Below, one piece after another: positions 19,615-29,310 of a stretch of DNA of 64,000 nucleotides. The stretch comes from Spirochaetia bacterium (GTDB taxonomy: Bacteria > Spirochaetota > Spirochaetia > SZUA-6 > Bin103): contig CBDBOV010000005.1 of assembly GCA_965208575.1 (NCBI GenBank), positions 224,001 through 288,000 on the forward strand. The letters are read 5' to 3'. The position numbers and the translations under genes are program-made. The notes beneath the pieces were generated by a model that saw only the letters and a program-made list of their open reading frames with translations, was not told where the DNA came from and ran no database searches. Numbering within the stretch: the first letter of the stretch is position 1; every line of letters begins with the position of its first letter.

Positions 19615-20723
19615 CTATGCGAGGCGGCTCAGCAGGACGCGGGCGGGGGCGAGGCGGATGCCCTCGGGGGTTAGCACGTCCTTGGTGCCGGTGGCGCTGA
19701 GCTGCCACGCCTCGGCGTCGGGGAAACGCCGCTTCAGATAGCGCAGGCCACGGTCCACCCGGGTATCGGACCACTTTGCCTCTACCATGAGCAACGGCAC
19801 GCGGCGCTCGGTGACCACGAAGTCGACTTCCCGGCCGTCCAGGTCGCGAAAGTAGCGTAACTCCAGGTCGCGGCCCTCGGAGTCCTGCTGTTGGTGGACC
19901 GACTTGAGCAGCGCCATGGCGAGCAGGTTCTCGAACCGTTGCGGCATTTCCGGGATCTGGGTCCAATCGTACAGGTAGTGCTTCTGTGCCTTCTTGACGG
20001 CTCGGATGGCCGGCGACCCGAACGGGCTGAGCCGAACCACGGCATACAACCGCTCCAGCGCAGCCACCCAGCGCCGCACCGCGTCGTGGCTTACGCCGAG
20101 ATCCTCGCGCAGCGCGTTGAGCGACAGCGGCGCGCCCACCAGCTCCGGAAGGCGCAACGCCAGCAATTCCAGGTTGCCGAGGTCGACGATCTGTTCGAGC
20201 GAAGTGATCTCCTCGCGGATCAGCAGGGTTCGGTAGTCGCGCGACCAGCGACGCGCGCTGCGCTCGGAACCGGCGAAGAACGGCTCGGGAAAGCCGCCCA
20301 GCCGCAACAGGTCGTGCAGCGCCGACGGATCGCCAAGCTCGGCCAAAGACAAGGGATGCAGCCGATGCAGATGATAGCGCCCCTGCAACGAGTCGCCGCC
20401 GCGCCGGTAAGCGCGTCGAGACGGGCGCTGCCGGTCACCAGGATGCGCACGCGGTCGCCGGCGCCGTCGAACAGGCCTTTCAGGTAGTTGCGCCAAGACC
20501 GGTACTTGTGCAGTTCATCAAGCGCCAGCACCGGCACCGCAGGAAGCTCACGTCTCAGAATTGACTCGCGGTGCTCGGGGACATCCCAGTTGAGGTAACC
20601 TGCCTGGTCGGGCAGTATCTGCTTCGCCAGCGTTGTCTTGCCGACCTGACGCGGCCCCGCCACGAATACCATCTTCGCCTCCAGGTCGGCACGCACGACC
20701 TCATCCAGATAGCGTCGGTCCAC
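19615..20723 (-). pseudogene. AAA_14 ATPase + DUF4143 protein, frameshifted near 20410
   Basis: GPRQVGKTT, LDELHKY, VTGSARLD in one frame; YRRGGDSLQGRY, GGFPEP, REVDFV, VEAKW in another. Confidence 0.85.
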
Positions 20724-20790
20724 GCACCAATGCTACATTATTTCTAGCGGGTGTCAAAATCTACCTCAGTATTATTTCGGTGCCGCCGAA

Positions 20791-21124
20791 GAGCGCGCCG
20801 CTCGTTCAAGGTGACCCGTCGTTTCCGACGCAGAGTTGACTTGAGTTGCGGAGCCGTGATACGGTCGGAATCGGACGCGGGTCTCGACGCCCGCCGAGCG
20901 GTCGCGGTTCACCCGGCGCACAGGAGGAACGGGATGCCACCCCAGACCGGAGTACGACTGACAGGAACCCGGCAGCCAACGCCGCTTGCGTCGAGTCACC
21001 GTGCCGGCTCGAAGGCGAACGTGCCGCCCTCGCTTTCCGTAACCTGCGACCTGCAGGAATGCCTCGAGACAAGGCGAGGGGTCGGCACTGAATTACGTGC
21101 TCTCGAGGAACAGGAGACACATTC
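20791..21124 (+). promoter_or_regulatory. Long conserved leader of the binding-protein gene (copy 2)
   Basis: Near-identical to 14158-14534 without the 44-bp expansion; perfect CTCGACGC/GCGTCGAG stem. Confidence 0.55.
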
Positions 21125-22921
21125 ATGTGTTACGCAACGCTCAAGAAGTACCTGGCGGTACTGATTGGCCTCGCTGTGACCGCGACCGGCCTGTCGGCCG
21201 CTCCCGCGGAGGAGCAGCCGGCAGCGGCGATGGAAAAGGAGATGGTGCTCGACCCGAGCACCGGCAAGATGGTGACCGCGCCAGAGTATGGCGGGACATT
21301 GACCCAGGCCGGTAACACGTATTACAAGGTTTTTGACACTTATTTGGCGTGGCTGCCTGTTCATGTTGGCGGTGCCGTCGTGGAGAAGCTCGGCATCGTG
21401 GACTGGGCAATTGATAGGGACGAATATCCTCTTAAGGGTGGCTACCTTGCGCCTCTCCACGTCATAAGGGGAGCGCTGGCTGAAAGCTGGGAGCAGCCCG
21501 ACCCACTGACTTATGTCTTCAACATCCGTAAGGGCGTTCACTGGCATGATAAGCCGCCGGTGAACGGGCGGGAGCTAACTGCTGAGGATATCGAATACAA
21601 CTTTCACCGTATGGTGGGTCTGGGCAGCGGCTTCACTGAAATTGCCGCAACAGCAGGTGAGCTTGGCACAGTGCCATTCGAGTCGATAACGGCCACCGAC
21701 GAATATACCGTAGTTTTCAAGCTGAAGGAGCCATACCTTCGTGCCCCGATCCTGATTCAGGACTGGTATAATATGCTCATGTATCCCCCCGAGGTAATCC
21801 GGGAACACGGTGACGTTTCCGATTGGCGAAATGTTGTCGGCACTGGGCCCTTTGAGTTGACTGACTTTGTCGATGGTAGCTCCTTTACCTATACCAAGAA
21901 TCCTGATTACTGGGGCTACGACGAGAAGTTTCCGGAGAACCGCCTGCCGTACGTCGACGAGTTCAGGGTCCTGATTATGAAAGACGAAGCAACACGTCTG
22001 GCGGCACTACGCTCCGGTAAGGTTGATTACAGTGGTTACCACGGCGCCGGCGCCATGATAAAATCTATCGATGTGGCAGAGAGTCTCAAGAGAACCAATC
22101 CCGAGCTGGTGCTGAACGAGTATTCGGAACGGGCGGAAAATGGTTTTATTTTCGACGTGAGTAAGCCGCCCTTTGACGACATCAGGGTGCGAAAGGCCAT
22201 GAACATGGCACTGGACCTCGAAACCATTAACAATACCTACTTCAAGGGTTATGGAGATACAACGCCCAGGGGGCAAGTAGGGATGCCAGGTTTCCACGTC
22301 CCGTTTGACGAGTGGCCTCAGGAGGTCAAGGATGCCTATAGCTATAACCCCGAGGGGGCCGCGAAGCTGCTTGATGAAGCTGGCTATCCGCGCCGCGCCG
22401 ACGGCATTAGATTCAAGACCACGGTAACAATGGTAGAAGCCCAAGGTGTTGGCTTTATAGAAACGGCCGTAGCCTACTGGAGTGAGATTGGTGTCGATGT
22501 GAGGCTCGATCCTTTGCCAGCTGCAACATGGGGCGCATTTGCCAGAGATCCTGAACGGGAACAGGGGTTACTCCACCACGCGTTCTTTGCGGTGGCTGAA
22601 GCATTCGACCTGCTGTGGAGATTTACTCCGGGATATGAATCGAACCCATGTAAATGCGACGACCCGGCCTATAACGCGTTGTTCGAGAGAGCCAAGGCCG
22701 CTACCACCTTTGAGGATCAGAGGGAGCCGCTTGTGGAGATGGATATGCACCTCATAAAGAGTGTCTGGGGTGTACCCGGTCCTATGGTTCCAGTATTTAA
22801 TGTGACCCAGCCGTGGGTCAAAGGGTACAACTCGGAAGGTGGCCTAGGGGGTTTGAATTGGTATGGCATTTTCGCCCGCCTCTGGATTGACCAGGACTTG
22901 AAGAAAGAAATGGGTTTTTGA
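21125..22921 (+). CDS. ABC substrate-binding protein family 5, paralogue 2
   Basis: Same motifs as 14535-16352, with long near-identical blocks. Confidence 0.92.
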   Translation: MCYATLKKYLAVLIGLAVTATGLSAAPAEEQPAAAMEKEMVLDPSTGKMVTAPEYGGTLTQAGNTYYKVFDTYLAWLPVHVGGAVVEKLGIVDWAIDRDEYPLKGGYLAPLHVIRGALAESWEQPDPLTYVFNIRKGVHWHDKPPVNGRELTAEDIEYNFHRMVGLGSGFTEIAATAGELGTVPFESITATDEYTVVFKLKEPYLRAPILIQDWYNMLMYPPEVIREHGDVSDWRNVVGTGPFELTDFVDGSSFTYTKNPDYWGYDEKFPENRLPYVDEFRVLIMKDEATRLAALRSGKVDYSGYHGAGAMIKSIDVAESLKRTNPELVLNEYSERAENGFIFDVSKPPFDDIRVRKAMNMALDLETINNTYFKGYGDTTPRGQVGMPGFHVPFDEWPQEVKDAYSYNPEGAAKLLDEAGYPRRADGIRFKTTVTMVEAQGVGFIETAVAYWSEIGVDVRLDPLPAATWGAFARDPEREQGLLHHAFFAVAEAFDLLWRFTPGYESNPCKCDDPAYNALFERAKAATTFEDQREPLVEMDMHLIKSVWGVPGPMVPVFNVTQPWVKGYNSEGGLGGLNWYGIFARLWIDQDLKKEMGF

Positions 22922-22939
22922 GCACGATCTAGCGCGTTG

Positions 22940-22978
22940 GTCCCTCTCACCGCCCCGCGGGGAGAGGGACTTTTTTTT
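22940..22978 (+). terminator. Intrinsic terminator, copy of 16371-16409
   Basis: Identical hairpin and T-tract. Confidence 0.8.
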
Positions 22979-23024
22979 CCGAACAAGCTGTGGCGTCCAG
23001 TCGAACGATGAGCAGTCATCCGAA

Positions 23025-23670
23025 ATGAGAGCGTACGTCATCAGGAGACTATTGCTCCTCATCCCTACGCTGTTGATTTTGACCATCCTGGTCTTCCTCT
23101 CGGTGCGCTTCATTCCCGGCGACGTAATAGACAACGATGATGAGTGACTTGCTATACGCGGGTCCGGGGCTGCTGATCTTGCTGACGATCATGTCTGTGG
23201 TGGGGCAGGGTTTGCCACAGATCATCCTGGTCCTGGGGATCGCCGGAGGCATCGGCGGCTCCAGAGTCGTCCGAGGGGCCGTCATGGGCATCAAGGAGAA
23301 TGACTATTTTCTGGCAGCCCAGGCGGTGGGCACCCCCACGCGCCACATCCTGATCGGCCATGTGCTGCCCAATATCATACCGGTCGTCATCATCGTCTTC
23401 TCCATCAACATCGGAGGCGTGATCATTGCCGAGGCCAGCTTGAGTTTCCTGGGTTTCGGTCTGCCGCTGGAGATTCCGAGCTGGGGAGCCATGCTCAGCA
23501 GAGAGGGGCGCAAGTACATGGAGGTGGCGCCGCGGCTGGCGCTGTTACCGGGGCTGTGCCTGACCATTGTCGTGTACTGCCTGAACATGTTCGGCGACGC
23601 GGTGCGGGATCTGCTCGACCCACGGCTGCGGGGTAGTGGTGGTCGTCTGGGTGCGAGCGCATCTGCGTAG
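23025..23670 (+). pseudogene. dppB 5' fragment joined to a dppC 3' fragment (large deletion)
   Basis: 23025-23131 matches the start of 16456; ~23164-23660 matches ~17810-18307; about 30 bp of filler between. Confidence 0.88.
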
Positions 23671-23671
23671 T

Positions 23672-24052
23672 TCAAGCCGCCAGGATGCGCACGCCGTACA
23701 ATGGGATGTTCCGATCGCGGGTAACGAGGACGAGACCCTCGGCCTGGGCCTGGGCGACCAGGCAGCGATCGAACGGATCGCGATGATGCATGGGGAGGCT
23801 TGCTGACTGCTCGGCGTGGTGGTAGGTCAGCGGCAGGTGCGTGAAGCCCTTCAGGTCGACCATGGTGCCCAGACTGTCGGGAGCGGTCAATTTGCCCTTG
23901 GCCCTCTTGACGGCGATCTCCCATCCGGTAACGGCGCTGATGAAGACCTCGTTCCGCGGGTCCGCTATGGCGGCGCGAGCTCCGGCCTTCAGCCTGTCCA
24001 CCTCCGACACCCACCACAGAAACGCGTGAGTGTCCAACAACAACCGCTGCAT
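23672..24052 (-). CDS. vapC: PIN-domain toxin (VapC family)
   Basis: LLLDTHAFLWW, SAVTGWEIAVK, HHRDPFDRCLVAQA. Confidence 0.92.
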   Translation of the reverse strand: MQRLLLDTHAFLWWVSEVDRLKAGARAAIADPRNEVFISAVTGWEIAVKRAKGKLTAPDSLGTMVDLKGFTHLPLTYHHAEQSASLPMHHRDPFDRCLVAQAQAEGLVLVTRDRNIPLYGVRILAA

Positions 24053-24055
24053 CTG

Positions 24056-24307
24056 TCAGGTCTCGCCCGGTGAGATCTTCGAATTATCGATGTCGGCGAT
24101 GAGTTCCTCGTCCTCGTCGTCGAAGTCGGGCGACATCCGGATCCGGCCCTCGAACCCTCCCGGCTTCCGCTCCTGCAGACGCCCCCGGTAGGGAACCAGG
24201 TTGAGCCAGGGCTTGCCTGCCTTGCAGATCACGATCTCCTCGCCCTGCCAAGCCAGTTCCGCCAGCCGCGAGAGTTGCGACTTCGCTTCATGCATGTTCA
24301 CGTGCAT
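24056..24307 (-). CDS. Phd/YefM family antitoxin
   Basis: VNMHEAKSQLSRL, GEEIVICKAGKP, RKPG..IRMSPDFD. Confidence 0.9.
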   Translation of the reverse strand: MHVNMHEAKSQLSRLAELAWQGEEIVICKAGKPWLNLVPYRGRLQERKPGGFEGRIRMSPDFDDEDEELIADIDNSKISPGET

Positions 24308-24380
24308 TGTCCCTTCCCCACAGCTAAGTCGAGCTAAGTCTACCGTATCTTCGCGACCGGGTCCACTCCCGGCGGGCTCA

Positions 24381-24440
24381 GTCTTCCTGATCCGCCCGAG
24401 GCGCTTCGGCAAGTCGTTATGGGTGTCGCTGCTGGAGAAC
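24381..24440 (+). pseudogene. 60-bp fragment of the AAA gene Walker A region
   Basis: Encodes VFLIRPRRFGKSLWVSLLEN, matching ~11929-11988. Confidence 0.8.
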
Positions 24441-24493
24441 AGCGCGCCGCTCGTTTTCGACGTGAGCCGGCGCCCGGTATACTGGGCTCGCCG

Positions 24494-25705
24494 ATGAACG
24501 TGTTGTTTTTTCACCTGATGCCGTACGCCGAGTTGCCGGCCGATTTCCGGGAGCGGCATCCGTCGATCTGGGTGGACATCGACTCGCGGCTGTTCGATCC
24601 GGAACGCGGCGGGGCGATGTACAACGACTACCTGGACGAGCTGGAGGACGCGGCGCGCCTGGGCTTCGACGGGGTGTGCGTGAACGAGCACCACGCCAAC
24701 GGCTACGGCATGATGCCGTCGCCCAACCTGATGGCGTCGGTCCTGGCGCGCAGCACCAGGCAGGGCGCCATCTGCGTGATGGGCAACGCGGCGGCGCTGT
24801 ACGACCCGCCGACGCGGGTGGCCGAGGAGATGGCGATGCTGGACTGCATCTCCGGCGGGCGGCTGGTCGCCGGGCTGCCGCTCGGCACGCCGATGGACAC
24901 CTGCTACGCCTACGGCCAGAACCCCAGCCTGGTGCGCGACCGCTACCTGGAAGCGTGCGATCTGATCGTGCGCGCCTGGCAGGAGCGCGACCCGTTCCCG
25001 TTCGCCGGACGCTTCTACCAGCAGCGCTACGTGAACTGCTGGCCGCGCCCGGTACAGCAGCCGCGGCCGCCGATCTGGGTGCCGGGCGGCGGGGCGCCGG
25101 AGACCTGGCGCATGTGCGGTGAGCGAGGCTACGTGTACGCGGCGCTGTCCTACTTCGGCTACCAGACCGCGCGCGGCGTGCTGAAGGGCTACTGGGCGGA
25201 GCTGGAACGCCAGGGGCTGGAGCCCAATCCGTTCCGGGCCGGCTACCTGCAACTGGTCGGGGTGGCGGAGACCCGGCGTGAGGCGCTGGAGCGGTACCGC
25301 GAGCCGGCCGAGTACTTCTACACCAACTGCCTGCACACCAACCCGCGCTTCGCGGTGCCGCCGGGTTACGCCACCGAGGCGTCGGTGCGGTTCCGCGCCC
25401 GGCAGGCCAACTCCGGCAACCCGGTCGCCCAGTTCACCACCGCGCCGAGCTACGAGCAGATCCTGGAGCGCGGCTACCTGCTGGTCGGCACGCCGGACGA
25501 GGTGGCCGAGCGGCTGCGGGAAATCGCCGTGGACCTGAACATCGGCCAGCTCATGCTGCTGCTGCACTTCGGCAACATGGGCCGCGACCTGACGCGCGCC
25601 AACACCGAGCTGTTCGCCAGCGCGGTGCTGCCGCAGATCCGCGACCTGTTCACCGACCGGTGGGAGGACCACTGGTGGCCGGCCGCGGCCGCGAGGAACA
25701 CGTGA
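24494..25705 (+). CDS. LLM-class (luciferase-like) flavin-dependent oxidoreductase
   Basis: GFDGVCVNEHH, PTRVAEEMAMLDCISGGR, WPRPVQQPRPPIW, VGTPDEV. Confidence 0.92.
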   Translation: MNVLFFHLMPYAELPADFRERHPSIWVDIDSRLFDPERGGAMYNDYLDELEDAARLGFDGVCVNEHHANGYGMMPSPNLMASVLARSTRQGAICVMGNAAALYDPPTRVAEEMAMLDCISGGRLVAGLPLGTPMDTCYAYGQNPSLVRDRYLEACDLIVRAWQERDPFPFAGRFYQQRYVNCWPRPVQQPRPPIWVPGGGAPETWRMCGERGYVYAALSYFGYQTARGVLKGYWAELERQGLEPNPFRAGYLQLVGVAETRREALERYREPAEYFYTNCLHTNPRFAVPPGYATEASVRFRARQANSGNPVAQFTTAPSYEQILERGYLLVGTPDEVAERLREIAVDLNIGQLMLLLHFGNMGRDLTRANTELFASAVLPQIRDLFTDRWEDHWWPAAAARNT

Positions 25706-26724
25706 GCGGGCCCGCTCGCCGGGCGCCGAAGCAGGGCGATACCGGCGCCCGGACGGCGCCGCCCGAACCGCTTGGCGCGGACTCCGTGTCGCGACGACGG
25801 AGGGCAATGCAGCGGGAGCCAGCCACCTTGCCACAGGAACACGCAGCCGCGCCGCGGAGACCGGTGGCCGCACCACAGGAACCAGCGCCTGCACCACAGG
25901 AACCGGCTGCGGCGCGAGAATCGGCCGCCCCGGCGCCGGAACCGGGGGCGGCGCCGCGGGACCGGTTGGTCATGGTCACGGGCGCGGCCTGCCGGGTGTG
26001 GGAGCAGGGGACGGGCCGGCGGGTGACCTTCCTGCCCGGCGTCGGCGGGCTGCCGCGCTGGAGCCCCTTTCTCGCCGCCCTCGCGCGGCATCGGCGGGTG
26101 TTGGCGCCGAGTCTGCCGGGGTACCCCGGATCATCCGCGTTGCCCGAGTTGGACGACCAACTCGACTGGCTGCTCGCGACCCGCGACCTGCTGCACGCGT
26201 GCGGCGGGGCCGGCGGCGACCTGGTGGCGGTGTCGGTAGGCGCCGCCCTGGCCGCAGACGTGGCCGCGGTGTGGCCGGATGCCGTGCGGCGGCTGGTGCT
26301 GGTGTCGCCGCTGGGCTTGTTCGACGCGGCCGACCCCAGCGCCGATATCTTTGCCCAGCCGGCGGACGGGCTGGGCGCGCTGCTGTGCCGCGACCCGGCC
26401 AAGTTCAAGGCGCACGTGGCACTGCCGGACGGCGCCGACCGGGTGGAGTGGACGGTGCAGCAGGTGCGCGCCCAGGAGGCGGCGGCACGGCTGCTGTGGC
26501 CGGTGGGCGACACGCGCCTCGCGCGCCGCCTGCATCGCGTCACCGCGCCCACGCTGCTGGTGTTCGGCGGGCACGACCGCGTGCTGCCGCCCTCATACCG
26601 GCAGCGCTTCCAGCGTGCCTTGCCGCACGCGCGGCTGGAGGTGGTCGACGACGCCGGCCACCTGGTCGACCTGGATGCGCCGGAGGCACTGGCCCAACTG
26701 GTGGAGGAGTTTCTGCGCTCCTGA
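25702..26724 (+). CDS. Alpha/beta fold hydrolase with Pro/Ala-rich N-terminal extension (start uncertain)
   Basis: APSLPGY, AVSVG (degenerate GxSxG), PTLLVFGGHD, AGH. Confidence 0.8.
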   Translation: MSGPARRAPKQGDTGARTAPPEPLGADSVSRRRRAMQREPATLPQEHAAAPRRPVAAPQEPAPAPQEPAAARESAAPAPEPGAAPRDRLVMVTGAACRVWEQGTGRRVTFLPGVGGLPRWSPFLAALARHRRVLAPSLPGYPGSSALPELDDQLDWLLATRDLLHACGGAGGDLVAVSVGAALAADVAAVWPDAVRRLVLVSPLGLFDAADPSADIFAQPADGLGALLCRDPAKFKAHVALPDGADRVEWTVQQVRAQEAAARLLWPVGDTRLARRLHRVTAPTLLVFGGHDRVLPPSYRQRFQRALPHARLEVVDDAGHLVDLDAPEALAQLVEEFLRS

Positions 26725-26943
26725 ACGCCGCGGGGCGTGGTTATTTCACTCGGGCGAGGGACCGGGGAACAGCCACCGCGACAGCGCCGCGAGAACGCCC
26801 CTCATCGCACCGTGGCTTGAGCGATCGCGGTAGTCGACTCCACCATCCGGCGCAGTTCCAACATGGATGGCTTCCGGCGGGGTAGCACTCGGCCGACCCT
26901 CCCGGGCTTGCCAATTCTTGTCATTCGGCAGATGCTGGGCGAC

Positions 26944-27186
26944 GTGAACACCACCATGAACGTATCGCTGCCCGCCTCGCTAAAGTCGTTCGTAGACGAG
27001 CAGGTCGCCGGACGCGGTTACGGAACCTGCAGCGAGTACGTGCGCGCTCTGATCCGCCGGGATCAGGACCGCCAGAGCCTGCGCCGGCTGTTGTTCGAGG
27101 GAGCCGGGTCAGACCCTGCGGATCCGGCGGATGCGGCCTACTTCGATGACCTGAGAGCACGCGTTCGCTCGCGTACGCACGGGTGA
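26944..27186 (+). CDS. ParD-like ribbon-helix-helix antitoxin
   Basis: TMNVSLPASLKSFVDEQV..GY..SEYVRALIRRDQDR. Confidence 0.9.
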   Translation: MNTTMNVSLPASLKSFVDEQVAGRGYGTCSEYVRALIRRDQDRQSLRRLLFEGAGSDPADPADAAYFDDLRARVRSRTHG

Positions 27187-27500
27187 CACCGAAGCCGGTC
27201 GTTCCGCGTGCGACGGCGGTCCGCGACGTGGAGGAGGCTCTTGCTCACTACCTCAGCGAAGGAGAAATGCAGGCCGCACTCGGCTTCATCGACGAGTTGG
27301 AAGCAGCCTACGCACACATCGAGAAGTATCCGGAGTCGGGATCATCGCGCTACGCGTGGGAACTGGACCTGCCGGGGCTTCGCTCGTGGCCCGTGAGGCG
27401 GTACCCGCACTTGGTCTTCTACCGCGATCGCGGTGACCACATCGACGTGTGGCGCGTGCTGCACGGACGGCGGGATGTCGCCGCCTGGATGCGGGAATGA
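27183..27500 (+). CDS. ParE/RelE family toxin
   Basis: A.RDVEEA..HY, GSSRYAWELDLPGLRSW, VWRVLHGRRD. Confidence 0.9.
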   Translation: MTPKPVVPRATAVRDVEEALAHYLSEGEMQAALGFIDELEAAYAHIEKYPESGSSRYAWELDLPGLRSWPVRRYPHLVFYRDRGDHIDVWRVLHGRRDVAAWMRE

Positions 27501-27538
27501 AGCAGCAGTCACCACACGCCGCCGACCGGCATCGCCGA

Positions 27539-29197
27539 TCAGCCCGAGAGGAGGGCCGCGACCGCGGCCTCACCGCGACGGAGGGCGCTCTCCCGGGGGG
27601 TCTCGCCTTCGGCGTCGCGGGCCGCGAGGTCGGCGCCAGCGCCCAGGAGCGCGGCTACCACCTGTTCAAGGTGATCGATGTCGTCGCGCAGGTGATGCAG
27701 CGGCGAGCCGCCGCCCGGCAAGGTGTCGGTGGCGAAGCCGGGATGTTCCGCCAGGTAACGACGTAGCGCTTCGTCCCGGCCGAAGGAGATCAGGTCGAGC
27801 CCGTCGGGGCAGTGCTCGAGCAGGTAGTCGCGCATGGCGGCGTGGCCGGCGTGGTTGGCCCAACTGGCCGGGGTCGACTCGTGGTTGGCGTCGCGCAGCG
27901 GACGGGCGCCGTGCGCAACCAGCAGCTCGGCCACCGCCCGGTGATCGTGCCAGGCCGCCTGGTGCAGGGCGGTGGTGCGGTCGTCGGCGGTACCGTTCGG
28001 ATCCGCGCCGAGACTCAGCAGACAGCGAATGGCGGCGACGTTGCCCAGGGATGCAGCGGCCTGCAGCGAGCCCGCGTCGTTCAGGCTGGCGGGCGCTTGT
28101 TGGAGAGCAGCTTGGGCAGCCGCCTCGTCGCCGCTCATGCAGGCGGCGCGGAAGCGGTTCTCCGGGCTCAATTCGGCGGGCTCCGCGCCGGCGCGCACCA
28201 GCATCTCGACAATCTCACCGAAGCCGTTCAGCAGCGCGTTCTCGTGGTGGGTGCGCCCGTCGTAGTAGTTGACGCCATTCGGGTCGGCGCCATGCCGGAG
28301 CAGCAGCTCGACCCGTTCGGTGAACCCCCTGGTGGCCGCGTGGCCGAGCAGGAAGTCGAAGGTCCCTACCTGGTTATCGGTCTTCCAGTTGACTTTGTCC
28401 GCGGCCGTGAGACCGCGCTCTATCAGCAGGCGCAGCCAGCCATTGTCGGGACGGAAGATCGTGTTGTAGAGCCCCTGGGCGTCGTTCGGATCGGCGCCGG
28501 CATCGAGCAGCAGCGTAGCGAGCGCCCGAGCGTGAGCATGCGGCGGCTGGCTGACCACGCCACCCTCCCCTTCACCCATCGCACCCGTCAGGGCGGTGAA
28601 CCGGTAGGTGCCGTCCCACATGTAGTGGGAGTTCGGGTCGGCCCCATGCGCAAGCAGCAACCGGGCGACGCCGACCGCATCGCACCCGGGCACCTCCTCG
28701 GTCACCCGCGAATAGCACAGGTAGAGCAGCGGCGGCCAGTTGTGCGGCCCGCCGGGAGCCGCTGCGCGGCCCGCATCCTCGTCCAGGAGCCGCCGCAGCG
28801 CGCCGACGTTGGCTGTGACGGCGGCGGCGTGAACGTCGGCCTCGGCCAGTGCGGGTCGCGCCGTCAACATCGCCTTGGCCCGGTCGATCCGTGCCGTCGA
28901 GTCGTTGCCATAGGTCAGGCAGGCGAGGTCCAGGAACTGCGCCACCTCGTCGTCTCGGGAGACCGCGAGCAGTTCCTCGACGTGCTCGGCCAGCCTGCGC
29001 CAGCTTGCGAAACCGTATTCGCGAGCCACCACGAGTTGGGCGTCGGCCAGTGCCGCGAACCTATCGGGACGGGGATGATGCTCCTGAATCCGCGCGCGAA
29101 CGCTGTCGGGATCGTTGCGGTGCAGGCGCAGAAGCTGCTTGGCCTGCTTCTTGACGCTGGCCAGACTCGGACGCGATGGTAGTGAGCGATCAGACAT
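27539..29197 (-). CDS. Ankyrin-repeat protein with N-terminal LPxRPSL..KKQAK domain
   Basis: Multiple LL.HGADPN and TALHQAA repeats; AQLVVAREYGFASW motif; SD GGAGGAAGG. Confidence 0.9.
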   Translation of the reverse strand: MSDRSLPSRPSLASVKKQAKQLLRLHRNDPDSVRARIQEHHPRPDRFAALADAQLVVAREYGFASWRRLAEHVEELLAVSRDDEVAQFLDLACLTYGNDSTARIDRAKAMLTARPALAEADVHAAAVTANVGALRRLLDEDAGRAAAPGGPHNWPPLLYLCYSRVTEEVPGCDAVGVARLLLAHGADPNSHYMWDGTYRFTALTGAMGEGEGGVVSQPPHAHARALATLLLDAGADPNDAQGLYNTIFRPDNGWLRLLIERGLTAADKVNWKTDNQVGTFDFLLGHAATRGFTERVELLLRHGADPNGVNYYDGRTHHENALLNGFGEIVEMLVRAGAEPAELSPENRFRAACMSGDEAAAQAALQQAPASLNDAGSLQAAASLGNVAAIRCLLSLGADPNGTADDRTTALHQAAWHDHRAVAELLVAHGARPLRDANHESTPASWANHAGHAAMRDYLLEHCPDGLDLISFGRDEALRRYLAEHPGFATDTLPGGGSPLHHLRDDIDHLEQVVAALLGAGADLAARDAEGETPRESALRRGEAAVAALLSG

Positions 29198-29200
29198 GAA

Positions 29201-29310
29201 CCTTCCTCCCATGGTGCCTGCGTCCGCCGTCAGGCCGAAAGAAGGTAATGATTGATTCGGACCCGAGAGGTGGGAGTTGTTCCCTTTCCGCGGACTGGAC
29301 GCACCCTCGC
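29201..29310 (-). promoter_or_regulatory. Candidate structured 5' leader RNA of the ankyrin gene
   Basis: TGCGTCC(29219-25)/GGACGCA(29297-303) and CTCCCA(29206-11)/TGGGAG(29271-76) pairings; the latter overlaps the SD. Confidence 0.4.

Noticed and set aside
20400-20420. Programmed frameshifting in the AAA_14, AbiEii-like or enolase genes
   Set aside because: No slippery heptamers at the shifts; decay or sequencing error is simpler given the many nearby pseudogenes.
14535-22921. Diversity-generating retroelement behind the binding-protein variation
   Set aside because: No reverse transcriptase in the window; differences are not adenine-specific and include indels.
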